A stretch of DNA of 60,118 bases, filler included, from Squatina squatina (GCA_031763465.1; 3 parts of 3 records of this genome joined end to end with filler, not necessarily neighbours in it); one strand, 5' to 3'; counted from the first letter of the whole stretch, positions 1 through 11,567 are shown. Notes: generated by a model not told the origin, from the letters alone. Numbers and translations are program-made.

Positions 1-39
1 TGCCTAACAAAAACCTATCAATCTCAGTTCTGACATTTT

Positions 40-330
40 CAATTGACCCCAACAGTGGGAGAGAGTTCTAGAGTTCCACCACTCTTTGTGTGAAGAAATG
101 CTTCCTGACACCACCCTGGCTCTAATTTTAATGTTATGACTGCTTGATCGGGGCTCCCCCACCAGAGGAAATAGTTTCTCTCTCTCTCTACCCCATCAAA
201 TCCTTTAATCATCTTAAACACCTCAATTGTAGCGTCCCTGAACCTTCTTTACTCAAGGAAATACAGGCCTAACCTTTCTTCATAATGTAACTCTTTGAGG
301 CCTGCTATCATTCCGGCAAATTCAACGGAG
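40..330 (-). mobile_element. CR1-type LINE 3' fragment (degenerate)
   Basis: The minus-strand ORF 39..221 reads FKMIKGFDGVERERNYFLWWGSPDQAVITLKL, resembling the CR1 ORF2 C-terminus (FKIMKGFDRVD..LFPLVGESRTRGHSLKI). Boundaries are approximate. Confidence 0.7.
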
Positions 331-816
331 CGTTACTTAACAGGGGTTTGAGAATTGTCATGGTCCCAGACACTGAGCCTGGCCAGATGGATCCCAATAA
401 TCTTTTCCAGTTCTGTAGGTTCCTTTGCAATGGCTGAATTGCAACATGCAGTAGCACCAGGGTTGAGAGCGTTGAACCTTGTGTTTCTCTGCAAAAATTG
501 GAACTATTGCCACAGGATGTATATTTGATTTAGTTACCTTTGTAAACAATTGATCCAAATATTTAATTGGTAACCCACTCCTCAATGATTTAGAAATATC
601 AGTTAACAGGAGCAATCATGCAACGTTAATAAACATTCTCATATATTTTTATTCTTGTTATCTGTGTGCTACATATAAAACTCAGTGTGATGCATTTGAT
701 CAATTCAGGATGGTTAGGAGTAAAAAGGCTGTAATTTGAAGGTGCTCTGCATTTATGTGAGATTTTTGTACAAACATTCCTTTGCTTGTTCACAAAACTG
801 TTTTGAAAACACATCA

Positions 817-1578
817 TGGGCTAGAAATTGTCGTGGGCATGCGCGGGGCGGGAGTCAGTATTTCCCCCGCCGTGCCTGCCCCGCCCCGCCCTGCGCGGAA
901 TTCAGCGATCCGGGCGTAAGCGAGGCGCAGCGCACTCCCAGTCGCAACCGGGGCAGCTGGCCTTGGACTCCGCCAGCGTGGCTTCAGCGCCACGGCAGCG
1001 GTGTCAGAAACACCCCATCAGTGCATTGTGCGCTGATGTCAGCAGCACAGCCAGGCCTCCCTTAAAGGGGAGGGCCGCCGGCCATTCTGATGGCGCCCCA
1101 CAGCCCGACACTGGGTCACCAGGGATGTCGGCGACCAGAGGCATGCCAGGCGAGGGGATGGTGGACCAATCCAGCTGAGGGTCACTATTTTTCGACCGAC
1201 TACGATGTCAGCCAAAAAATAAAGATGGCAGCCGGAGGCGCAGTTGCTCTCCCCTTTAATAGTCCCGTTGCAGCGACAGGTTTTGCTGTCACTGCAACTG
1301 CCCTGCGCTGCAGCTGTCTCTCATGGGTGAATTTCACCCATAGGACGCAGAGAGCCAAGGGCATTGCGGCTGTGTGGTGCGTGTCGGCACGCATTTTGAT
1401 GAAATCACGCGCTGACCTGCCACAAAATTCAGCTGGCCAGGCACAAAGGCCTTTGTGCCCCAGCTGAATTTCCTGGGAGGCAAGATGGCTGCCTCCTGGT
1501 GCCATTTTTTCCTCTAACATCCCATTAGCGCCCCTCGGAGGCGCTAATGGGGCATTACAGGAGCTCAATTTTGGCCCC
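817..1578. mobile_element. GC-rich MITE-like non-autonomous DNA element with imperfect terminal inverted repeats
   Basis: Abrupt GC/CpG-rich insert in an AT-rich intron. Left end TGGGCTAGAAATTG (817-830); right end CAATTTTGGCCCC (1566-1578, reverse complement GGGGCCAAAATTG). Internal palindromes are present, and a second copy of the right end lies at 12331-12488. Confidence 0.7.
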
Positions 1579-1927
1579 AATACGTGGTTTAAAAAAAACA
1601 CAAAATTAATACATAGTACAAAATTCCAGAATAATATCTAAGGTGAAGTGTGGTATGCCGTGGGAAAAATGTATTTCAAGAAGAGGAGAATGAGAGAAAG
1701 TAACTTTTCTGTTTTGTCTCTATGCACTAATCAGAATCATCTCTAATCTGTTATTCTGTTGTTTGTGAATAAAGCTGGTGGGGCTTCTGTCTGTGCCCAA
1801 CAATTCAATCAAATTTGATTTATGTCTTCCAATAACATCATATCTTAAATAATAGGAACTAACATTAAATAATTTTATGTGTTGCCAACTGTCAGTTTAA
1901 ATCTTGTAATATTATTTTACATTTCAG

Positions 1928-4900
1928 GCCTATTCTTGGCTTCAGGAGGAAATTGGCCCCAATTCTGATCCAGTTATAACTGTGAGATTTTTGGGAACAA
2001 CGGAGTTAAGTACAGAGCTCAAAACCCTACTACAAAGTCTCTGTGAACAATTAGCTATTAACTATCGATGCCTCATACAAAATTATCCTCAAAAAATACA
2101 CNNNNNNNNNNNNNNNNNNNNNNNNNNNNNNNNNNNNNNNNNNNNNNNNNNNNNNNNNNNNNNNNNNNNNNNNNNNNNNNNNNNNNNNNNNNNNNNNNNN
2201 NNNNNNNNNNNNNNNNNNNNNNNNNNNNNNNNNNNNNNNNNNNNNNNNNNNNNNNNNNNNNNNNNNNNNNNNNNNNNNNNNNNNNNNNNNNNNNNNNNNN
2301 NNNNNNNNNNNNNNNNNNNNNNNNNNNNNNNNNNNNNNNNNNNNNNNNNNNNNNNNNNNNNNNNNNNNNNNNNNNNNNNNNNNNNNNNNNNNNNNNNNNN
2401 NNNNNNNNNNNNAGGTCAGCAGATCTATGTCAATGAAGCACTCTCAAAATGTACCCTGCCCATGTTTGTTAATCTGATTTACCATGAGGTCATGCAGTGG
2501 AGATCACACAAGGATGTCGATGACACTTCACTCTGTGTGACGGTACATGAAAGTATTGAGCGTCTTTTCTGGTCTCTTGAAAATAAGTTTGGTTCTAGGT
2601 TGATCTCAAGAGCGCTTGGTTTCATCACAATGGCCAAAACTGGGCTAAGTGAAATGGAACTGGAAGATGTCCTTTCACTGGACAACTATGTTCTTAACGA
2701 AATCACAGCAAAGTCCGAGCTTCAGAATCCACTGCGGATACCGTACTATTTCATCGCAAGACTGAAGGAGGAGCTATGCGGATACTTAGTGGAGAGGCAG
2801 GTGAGAAGCGTCACACTTCTAGTATGGGCAAATCGCCATCTTCTTCTGATTGCTCAGAAATTGTACCTGCAGAACGAGGAAGACATGCACGAAATGCACA
2901 GCATCATGGCGGACTACTTTTTAGGAGTGTGGTCTGGTGGGAGACCAAAGTTGTTTCATCCTGAGCAAAGCCATACCCAGTCGCTAGACATTAACAATAA
3001 AAGCATTAATGATGAAAAACAGACTGCCGAGAAGACTTTTGACAGGCAAGTCCCTGAGCAGCCATGGGTCTTCCAGTGCAACCCATTGGAGCCGGACATC
3101 TTTTTTGTAAATCATAGGAAAAGTGCCGAGCTGCTGCATCATCTGACTAGAAGTGGGAGAACAGACGATCTCATGTACAGTGTCATTATGAATTTCAGTT
3201 GGCTGTATACCATGATCAAAATTGGTCACCTTGACAAAGTCCTCTCTGACATTGATCTCGCTTACAATTATTCACNNNNNNNNNNNNNNNNNNNNNNNNN
3301 NNNNNNNNNNNNNNNNNNNNNNNNNNNNNNNNNNNNNNNNNNNNNNNNNNNNNNNNNNNNNNNNNNNNNNNNNNNNNNNNNNNNNNNNNNNNNNNNNNNN
3401 NNNNNNNNNNNNNNNNNNNNNNNNNNNNNNNNNNNNNNNNNNNNNNNNNNNNNNNNNNNNNNNNNNNNNNNNNNNNNNNNNNNNNNNNNNNNNNNNNNNN
3501 NNNNNNNNNNNNNNNNNNNNNNNNNNNNNNNNNNNNNNNNNNNNNNNNNNNNNNNNNNNNNNNNNNNNNNNNNNNNNNNNNNNNNNNNNNNNNNNNNNNN
3601 NNNNNNNNNNNNNNNNNNNNNNNNNNNNNNNNNNNNNNNNNNNNNNNNNNNNNNNNNNNNNNNNNNNNNNNNNNNNNNNNNNNNNNNNNNNNNNNNNNNN
3701 NNNNNNNNNNNNNNNNNNNNNNNNNNNNNNNNNNNNNNNNNNNNNNNNNNNNNNNNNNNNNNNNNNNNNNNNNNNNNNNNNNNNNNNNNAAATCAATATT
3801 TCAATGGTTTTATTTATGGCTTCACATTATCAATTAACCACGCCCTCGCATGGCTGCAGGGGAGTAAAGATGTGCATGTGATCGATTTAATTTATGGTTG
3901 GCCGCTCTACCAGTTCCATTGCTGGTATGAAGTTACTTGTGTTCAGTGTTCTCCAGATGGAGTGTATGCATTCTGTGGACAATACCTGAACACAACCACC
4001 ATTTTCCTCTTGGGAAGTGGTGAAAAGCTCTCCACAGTGACGTCAGAATTTTCTGGAGGTTATGTGAAATCTCTTCTCATCCTGGCTGCAGCTCAAGAAA
4101 TGGTGATGATCGATAATGAAGGCAGCCTGTCTGTCTGGAATATAGATGAAATTACCAATCCCCAACTTATCGAGGACTTTGACTGCAGAGGAAAAGACAA
4201 TGAAGTGGTGAGTTTAGAGCTGTCGGAAGATCAAAGTGCAATTCTCATCTGTAAGACTTTCAGCATTGAAGTGTTGGACACCAGCATCTGGAAGGTGGCT
4301 GAAAAGTTCAAAGCAAAACGCAATGAATGTTTCATATCGGCAGTCCTCTCCAAAAGTGGTGACTCAATTATTGCTTCAATGGCACACATGTCATCGATAT
4401 TTGTGTGGCGGAGAGACACTGGACAATGTATGGCAAGTTTGCAGGAAATCTCAGGAGCCATTGTAAAGTTGGTCAAATCAAATCAACACAATTTGTTGCT
4501 GTCTTTGACAACCAGTGGTATTCTTTCTGTCTGGGACATAGACATCATAACAGCGATCTCAAACATTGACAAAACAGGGAAAGCAATTCAAAGTCTTTTC
4601 CTGCCAGGTAGAGGTGAACTGATCTACACACTGGATGGCTCAGAATCTGTTCATAAATGGAGCTTCAGCACAGGATACATTGAGTCTGTATTTAAACATG
4701 ACGGCATTGTGGAAAACTGCGTTCTCACATCATCAGGGGAACTGATGGTCACTTCAGACGACAAAGGCATTCAATACATCTGGCACACCATTACCGGGGA
4801 CAACATCTTTCGCATCAACGGGCAGCGGATATCCCAGCTACTAATTACACACAACGATCAGTTTGTAGTCTCGCTCTGTAACCAAGGTGTTTCTAGGGTG

Positions 4901-5866
4901 TGGCGACTGTCCACTGGTCACAAAGTCTGCAATATTCTGGTTCCCATGCAGAATGCATTTATCACGTATCCTAACACGTTCGTAATTGGTGTTTCAAAAA
5001 ACAAGCTGCTGGCTGTTAGCTTGTGGACAGGAAGCGTAACAAAGAAGTTCTGCTGTGACGATGGCACAACCATTGTAAATTTCAAGCTTATCCCCGATTC
5101 ACCGGACTATGTGGTTTTCANNNNNNNNNNNNNNNNNNNNNNNNNNNNNNNNNNNNNNNNNNNNNNNNNNNNNNNNNNNNNNNNNNNNNNNNNNNNNNNN
5201 NNNNNNNNNNNNNNNNNNNNNNNNNNNNNNNNNNNNNNNNNNNNNNNNNNNNNNNNNNNNNNNNNNNNNNNNNNNNNNNNNNNNNNNNNNNNNNNNNNNN
5301 NNNNNNNNNNNNNNNNNNNNNNNNNNNNNNNNNNNNNNNNNNNNNNNNNNNNNNNNNNNNNNNNNNNNNNNTATATTTGTTTTAGAAACTGCAGTGAAGA
5401 GAACGATAATGGGGCTGTGTCTAGTTTAATAGTCGTCAGGTTGGCTGATGGGAAAAACATTGGGGCATGTTCACTTTACAAGACTCCAGCTTTTCTTAGT
5501 CTGTCACAACGACACCTGAACATTATTGTGGGTTTTGATGACGGCAGCATCGGAACCTACACTGTCGTAGATCGAGTTGACGCTGCCTTAAAAATTAAAA
5601 TTGCCACCTCAAACAGTCGCCAGATTTTTAACAACCCTTCTCAGAAAATCAGGCCTAAGTGTGCAAATTTTATGTGCAAGTACACAGCAGACTGCATTTG
5701 GAGAGAGTCCACTGAGGTTTTTGCCAGAGATAGTCCAATTACAGTCTCCGATTCAAGTGATACACAGGAGTCTGCACCTACCAAAAAGCAACCTTACTGC
5801 TTTGACAAAGCAGGTTCGACAATACAAATAGACTATAAATGTCAAAACTTCACAGCAGAGAGCTAA
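1928..5866 (+). CDS. NWD2: NACHT and WD repeat domain-containing protein 2, giant terminal coding exon (interrupted by three N gaps)
   Basis: Acceptor tttcag|GCC at 1927/1928. Translation AYSWLQEEIGPNSDPVITVRFLGTT...LSEMELEDVLSLDN...YGWPLYQFHCWYEVTCVQCS...CIWRESTEVFARDSPITVSD matches vertebrate NWD2, with many WD40-like repeats. Stop TAA at 5864-5866. Synteny with C4orf19, RELL1 and PGM2. Confidence 0.95.
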   Translation, partial: AYSWLQEEIGPNSDPVITVRFLGTTELSTELKTLLQSLCEQLAINYRCLIQNYPQKIHXXXXXXXXXXXXXXXXXXXXXXXXXXXXXXXXXXXXXXXXXXXXXXXXXXXXXXXXXXXXXXXXXXXXXXXXXXXXXXXXXXXXXXXXXXXXXXXXXXXXXXXXGQQIYVNEALSKCTLPMFVNLIYHEVMQWRSHKDVDDTSLCVTVHESIERLFWSLENKFGSRLISRALGFITMAKTGLSEMELEDVLSLDNYVLNEITAKSELQNPLRIPYYFIARLKEELCGYLVERQVRSVTLLVWANRHLLLIAQKLYLQNEEDMHEMHSIMADYFLGVWSGGRPKLFHPEQSHTQSLDINNKSINDEKQTAEKTFDRQVPEQPWVFQCNPLEPDIFFVNHRKSAELLHHLTRSGRTDDLMYSVIMNFSWLYTMIKIGHLDKVLSDIDLAYNYSXXXXXXXXXXXXXXXXXXXXXXXXXXXXXXXXXXXXXXXXXXXXXXXXXXXXXXXXXXXXXXXXXXXXXXXXXXXXXXXXXXXXXXXXXXXXXXXXXXXXXXXXXXXXXXXXXXXXXXXXXXXXXXXXXXXXXXXXXXXXXXXXXXXXXXXXXXXXXXXXXXXXXXXXXXXXNQYFNGFIYGFTLSINHALAWLQGSKDVHVIDLIYGWPLYQFHCWYEVTCVQCSPDGVYAFCGQYLNTTTIFLLGSGEKLSTVTSEFSGGYVKSLLILAAAQEMVMIDNEGSLSVWNIDEITNPQLIEDFDCRGKDNEVVSLELSEDQSAILICKTFSIEVLDTSIWKVAEKFKAKRNECFISAVLSKSGDSIIASMAHMSSIFVWRRDTGQCMASLQEISGAIVKLVKSNQHNLLLSLTTSGILSVWDIDIITAISNIDKTGKAIQSLFLPGRGELIYTLDGSESVHKWSFSTGYIESVFKHDGIVENCVLTSSGELMVTSDDKGIQYIWHTITGDNIFRINGQRISQLLITHNDQFVVSLCNQGVSRVWRLSTGHKVCNILVPMQNAFITYPNTFVIGVSKNKLLAVSLWTGSVTKKFCCDDGTTIVNFKLIPDSPDYVVFXXXXXXXXXXXXXXXXXXXXXXXXXXXXXXXXXXXXXXXXXXXXXXXXXXXXXXXXXXXXXXXXXXXXXXXXXXXXXXXXXXXXYICFRNCSEENDNGAVSSLIVVRLADGKNIGACSLYKTPAFLSLSQRHLNIIVGFDDGSIGTYTVVDRVDAALKIKIATSNSRQIFNNPSQKIRPKCANFMCKYTADCIWRESTEVFARDSPITVSDSSDTQESAPTKKQPYCFDKAGSTIQIDYKCQNFTAES

Positions 5867-6344
5867 GCCATGTTTTTGTGTGCAAGAAGAGTCACATATT
5901 CAGAAAAATATTTTAATATGCTGAGTGTCATTTTGAAAGTCACTCAAAGATATTTCTTTTATGCTTCTGAAATATTATACAGTTTTGACACTTTAAAAAG
6001 AGATCTCTTCGCTATTTCAAGGGGACAAGTAATATCTCAGGGGTAAAGTAATTTATTCTATTTCACATCTTTCTCTTCATTTCGTTACTGTGACTGTTTC
6101 TAGTTTTGTTTCATTCCTCTGGTTTGTATGCTCCCTTACTTACATTAACTGAATTATCATAACTTTTCACCTCTTAAGGATTTTATGAGTAAATGATGTT
6201 ACTGCAGACTCACATTTCCTTTGTAAACTTTACCCCATGGTATGATCCTAACTCAAATAACTGATCTGGCTTGTTTTAGGTGGGCTTTAAATGGATATCA
6301 TAATCTCATCATTTACCCCAAATTCTGAGCAAGAAAGAAATGCT

Positions 6345-6461
6345 ATGGAACCTGCACTACAGAGGGTACAGAGGCAATTTACGAGGATGTTGCCAGGACT
6401 GGAGAATTTTAGCTATGAGGAACGATTGGATAGGCTGGGGTTGTTTTCTTTGGAGCAGAGG
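6345..6461 (+). mobile_element. CR1 LINE ORF2 fragment
   Basis: ALQRVQRQFTRMLPGLENFSYEERLDRLGLFSLEQR is the canonical CR1 C-terminal motif; truncated by an N gap. Confidence 0.85.
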
Positions 6462-7334
6462 NNNNNNNNNNNNNNNNNNNNNNNNNNNNNNNNNNNNNNN
6501 NNNNNNNNNNNNNNNNNNNNNNNNNNNNNNNNNNNNNNNNNNNNNNNNNNNNNNNNNNNNNTCCCTTCTCAAAAGATGACTTTTATGCAGCAGGCTGAAG
6601 TTAAGCCTCGGAAGCGCGGTGGACAACAGGTGGGGAGCAATCGCGGGTGCTGCAGAGTCGGGGGAGCATTCCTGTTCTCCCTGGCTTCACAACAACGATT
6701 TCCAATTTATTTTTAAAAAATGAACTGGCATCTCAGTGGCGGCCGCAGGGGCTGCTGAAGAATCCTAAAGGGACATGTCCAGCACCTGCTCCGCTGATCA
6801 GCAGCCAATTTCCACTAAGGGACCTAAAACAGGTGTTGGGGACCGAACACTTGTTTTAGGCAGCCATGTGGGATGTCTACAAAGCCACCTTTACCAATAC
6901 TGCTGCGCCCATAACACAGGTACAAGTCAGGTGCGGGACATTACATCTTGCAATTGGTCCCTTTTTTCCTGGAAAGTGGGCATAAGGAAGACCAATATCT
7001 ATCCAAAGTGTATTATAGCAAGACAATACAAACAGATCAACAGTTATCTTTAACACACTCTTCATAGAGTTCATGAATTGTTTTATAAATTGGTTTTGTT
7101 GTGTCATTTTATTTAATAGTCAAAATTTCAGAAAATGTAAATTAATTTAAGGTTACAAATTGCTATGGAAATGTTTGCTTTTCAAATATCCGTGTAATTA
7201 GTGATATGCCAGGTATTGAACAGCTTTTTTGATTGTGGCCCTAGACATACAGAATGTTTTTTAATGTAATGATTTATACTGTTGAGAGTAATCACCCTAT
7301 ATGCTTTGCAGAGATTTATATTTTTCATAAATGT

Positions 7335-7439
7335 TCTATTTATTTAAGGGTTTTGTTACAAAGTTGCATTTATTAGAAAGAATAATATTAAAAATGTGAT
7401 GAGCAATAAAATGCGTTGTGAATGCATTGTTTTAATAAA
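7335..7439 (+). promoter_or_regulatory. Putative NWD2 3' end: AU-rich element and tandem AATAAA poly(A) signals
   Basis: TATTTATTTA near 7337; AATAAA at 7405-7410 and 7434-7439 in AU-rich sequence downstream of the NWD2 stop. A 100-N gap separates it from the CDS. Confidence 0.4.
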
Positions 7440-9185
7440 ATTCAGTATGGATCAAAACCTTCTCTCGGGTCCTTGAATGTTATAACAAAGGTAAGCTTTC
7501 AAATGTTTAGCATGAAGCTTACATTTATATTCTGCCTTATCACATCTAAATGGCTCACACAGTGAATTAGTTTGAAGTGCAGGGAGTGTTGTGTAACATG
7601 CTGCTTCCACTGTCTAAACTAGATAAATGAAAGCTTACAAATTCTGTCCTAATCCTTCCTTCCTTCCCGTTTCCATATAATGAACAAAAACACAGTAACC
7701 TGGCAGTAATGGCCCTGCATGAAAACAATTTTCTCAATCCATTCCACNNNNNNNNNNNNNNNNNNNNNNNNNNNNNNNNNNNNNNNNNNNNNNNNNNNNN
7801 NNNNNNNNNNNNNNNNNNNNNNNNNNNNNNNNNNNNNNNNNNNNNNNTTTAGTCTGAAGTTTATGGTCTGACAGTATGCTATGTGCCACCTTATGAAGTA
7901 AACAGGAGAACATAGTGGACAGTCTATGTTGTCTACAAAGGCAAAATGCCCTGATAAAAGTGTAATGTTAGTCTTGTGGCACATTATCACCATTCACGTC
8001 ACACATAAGGTTGCAAGTTTCAGTTAATAGATAATGCAGGTCTGTTTATGGAAACTTTTTGTGCTGTAAACTCAAGTTAACAGTGTTGAGAGGAAGCTCG
8101 AATTATAACACTGACCCAGAACTAAACATAAGCGAATCATTTGCTGAACTATTAATTTGTGTTTGTCAAAAAGTTCCCCAGAGAAAGCGACCAGTAAGGG
8201 GTTAAAGAACTTGCTGCTGGGCGAGTGTGCAAATACAGGCATTTATTTTGATTTCCAGTCACATGGTGCTTCAATAACCAATGACTTCGGCCAAATGTAG
8301 CATGCAAATCCAGAGCTAAACAGCCCTCAAACATAAATTTTAAATTCAAATGCAGATGGTGCGTAGGAAACCGAACCATGGGAGGTTATAATCAGAGCAA
8401 TGTTTCCTTGACTCAACAAGACTAATACTCAGGTAAAAAACTATTATCTTCATTTAACTTGGGTCATCAAGTGAGAAATTTCAGATTGTTTAATAATTAA
8501 TGCGTGATACAGCACCTTCTCTGGTGGATGAAATGCTCCTTTGTTTCCTTACAATTAAACAAATAGACTATTAGAACAAGGTGACACACCTACTGCCACA
8601 AGCTGCCTGAAGAAAGGTGCTGTCGTCGCCTTCTGAAATACTGAGCAAATGATCAGCTCCGTTCTGCTCTTTTTTTTGAAAATTCTTCCCTTTTAATGGA
8701 TCTGCTTCATTGACCTGTTCTGAGTGAGTACACACCTTACTCTTCCAGTACCTGAGAGCAGCACCTTAGGCTGTTAATGGGCAAGGTCAGTTCAACAGAT
8801 AGTTAGGATAACAACTGAGAATCAGGATATTTGTTACAAACTAATTGTGCTTTTTCTGTTGTGTTGTGGACTTTAGACAAATATGCATTTTTGTGAGAAG
8901 CAGTGCATGAATGTGCAAGGGGCATGNNNNNNNNNNNNNNNNNNNNNNNNNNNNNNNNNNNNNNNNNNNNNNNNNNNNNNNNNNNNNNNNNNNNNNNNNN
9001 NNNNNNNNNNNNNNNNNNNNNNNNNNATGGTAGGTTCCATTCTAACGTAACCCCAGTATTGGTGAGTTTAAATCTGGGCCTCATGACACAAGAACACATT
9101 AATGATCTGTGCTAGTTGTTTGTCGGAATCACCAATATGATGTGGTGTTACCCACATTACCATATATTCTGGGTACCAGCATTAA

Positions 9186-10016
9186 TGGATTAGGTCCAAA
9201 GTTTGTAACAGTGTAAAAACTGGAAAAAATTATAGAAACACTGAAATTAAAGATGAGACATCATTCCACAACACGAATGCCAAAGCCAACAATATTGTTG
9301 CTTCAACTTTGGACAAAGTAATAAACTTGGAAGAAGACAATGTAGAAAGAATAGGAAAGGAAACTAATGTATCAGAAAAGAATATAACACGTGTACAAGA
9401 TAAAACAGTGGAAGATGTCAATGACAACGCTAACAATGATGCAATGTACACACTGAATAATCAAGAGTCACATACAGTTCTACAACAAGGTGAAATAGTT
9501 CACGCCACCAATACAGATAATTGCTCCTCAAACAATAACTTAAAAGATGCATCTAAAGATGAACTAGTACATCACCATGACCCAGGAGCTGAAAGTGATT
9601 GTCATACAGCCAATGGACCATCCACACAACATGCTACTGAAGCAGAAAACATGCAAGAAGTTTTTGCAGTCTGTCAAGTAGGAGAGAAAACAATGGACAA
9701 TAATGAAATTGACATTGGAAATAATGGTAAATTGTCGCACAAGCAAAATGATGAAGTAAGGCAATACAATCTGGAAACTGACATGGATGAAATCAAAAGT
9801 TTATTCAACCCATCTTCTGATAAAGTACCGGTATTGATTATCGTAAATGGGCACAAAGATCTAGAAAACACTCCTCCTGCTATTGGCGGAGAATTTACCA
9901 AGGACTTGCTTGAAGAAGTGAAACTCAGGATAGAGGGGGAAGATCCAGAGGTGGCAGCTGCTCTTGCAGCGCTAGAGGCAGCAACAGCAGGAGAAGATGA
10001 TGAACTGGAGGACTAG
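9186..10016 (+). CDS. C4orf19: C4orf19 / PGCKA1 (PDCD10 and GCKIII kinase-associated protein 1) terminal coding exon, 5' part uncertain
   Basis: Acidic low-complexity ORF ending EDPEVAAALAALEAATAGEDDELED*, matching the human C-terminus (DEDAAVAEALAALEAATAGEDLDETD, from recall). It sits between NWD2 and RELL1 on the NWD2 strand. The frame is open only from 9186. Confidence 0.85.
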   Translation, partial: WIRSKVCNSVKTGKNYRNTEIKDETSFHNTNAKANNIVASTLDKVINLEEDNVERIGKETNVSEKNITRVQDKTVEDVNDNANNDAMYTLNNQESHTVLQQGEIVHATNTDNCSSNNNLKDASKDELVHHHDPGAESDCHTANGPSTQHATEAENMQEVFAVCQVGEKTMDNNEIDIGNNGKLSHKQNDEVRQYNLETDMDEIKSLFNPSSDKVPVLIIVNGHKDLENTPPAIGGEFTKDLLEEVKLRIEGEDPEVAAALAALEAATAGEDDELED

Positions 10017-11039
10017 ACTAAACTTATGCATCTTATTGAATCATAATTGACTTGAAGTATGTAACATAATCTTGGGGTTCAAATGACTTCTCAAGCCACC
10101 TGAACCATAAAGCTGTGAAGCATCTGTAATTATACTGCAAGCCAGTTATTGTTGTATACTGCAAAGATTCTAAAAAGATGCAGAAGCCGAAAAATCTCAN
10201 NNNNNNNNNGGCCTGCTGTGGTAACTTAAGTGCAACAGAGCAAGAATCTTGCACTATTGCTGACTCTGCTGGAGTGCCTCTGGTTGAAGAGGTGGGTTTT
10301 ATGGAGGCTTTTAAAGGAGCTGAGAGTTTATTTGGAGAAAATTCTCAAAAGTAGATGATGACTGATAGCTTTCCCATCAATGTTGGGATGGGGTAGATGA
10401 AGGAGGGATTAACGGGAAGGAGTGTAAGGTCTGAACTAAAACATTTCAATGACACCTTCTGCACCTGTGGGGAATGTGCCCCCTTCATCTCTGTGACTCC
10501 GACCCTGCTGTACTTCCGGCAGAGGAGCAGAGACCCTGGAGTTTCAGGCCCAGAGAGTCTCTCAATGATGGATTACAGATACAGGTTTCAGCAGAGGTGA
10601 TGATGACAATGAAGATTAGGCGATGTTGTANNNNNNNNNNTTGAGCAATCTTGATGGATATTTTTGGTGGGTGACCATGCCAGTTTGGGCACCATTTGGG
10701 TCTCCATTAGAGGGAGAGTGTTCAAAAGACGAAGCGATGATAGCCGCATGAGGGAACGCTGGCAGTACGCCTCCCCTTAAAAGTGCAGATATTGGTGAAC
10801 ACCTTCACAAGAGGGCCAATCTGTTCCAGAGTCTTCCAAGCCATGGGTCCATAATCCCACTACAACAATACCTAGACAATTATTTCCTCCCAGCGTCCAG
10901 GTCACCGAGCAGAAAGGGGGCANNNNNNNNNNNNNNNNNNNNNNNNNNNNNNNNNNNNNNNNNNNNNNNNNNNNNNNNNNNNNNNNNNNNNNNNNNNNNN
11001 NNNNNNNNNNNNNNNNNNNNNNCATGTCAATATATTACC

Positions 11040-11468
11040 CTTTGACTCCAAGGATTAAGGTATGACGAAGATTACTCAAATTAGGGTTGTATTCCCTGGA
11101 ATTTAGAAGTTTAAGGGGTAATTTGATCAAAGTTTTCAAAATATTATGAGGAAGCGATAGGGTCGAGAGAGACATTTTTTTCCTCTTGGTTGGGGAGTCT
11201 CGAACAAGGATTCATAGCCTAAAAATTAAAGCCAGTCCTTTCAGGGGTGAAGTTAGGTAACACTTCTACACACAAAGGGTAGTAGAAGTTTGGAACTCTC
11301 TTCTGCAAACGGTAATTGATGTTAAGTCAATTGTTAATTTTAAATCCGAGATTGATAAAAGGTATTGAGAGATGAGGTAAAAGTGGGTATATGGTCACAG
11401 ATCAGCCATGATCTCACTGAATGCTAAAACAGCCTAGAGGGATTAAATGGCCCACTCCTGTTCCTATA
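11040..11468 (+). mobile_element. CR1 LINE 3' end
   Basis: Degenerate LGLYSLEFRSLRGNLIKVFKI coding sequence, then ttctacacacaaagggtagtagaagtttggaactctct, and a 3' UTR ending aatggcccactcctgttccta. Confidence 0.8.
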
Positions 11469-11495
11469 AGTTATAGTCTTATCATGAAAACTTAC

Positions 11496-11567
11496 CTGGA
11501 TTTTTCATAATATAGTGCACCATTTGTCCAACTGTGTCAGCATTGCACTCATTAGTGTCACTGAAAT
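11496..11567 (-). CDS. RELL1: RELT-like protein 1, internal exon (72 nt, phase 1-1)
   Basis: Minus strand: ttttttag|AT TTC AGT...AAT CCA G|gtaag, giving (D)FSDTNECNADTVGQMVHYIMKNP versus human RELL1 ELNDSVNENSDTVGQIVHYIMKNE. Opposite strand between C4orf19 and PGM2 as in human. Not in the ORF track. Confidence 0.88.

Noticed and set aside
736-1601. Overlapping 109-133 aa ORFs on both strands
   Set aside because: They lie within the GC-rich MITE, where stops are rare; no recognisable protein motif.
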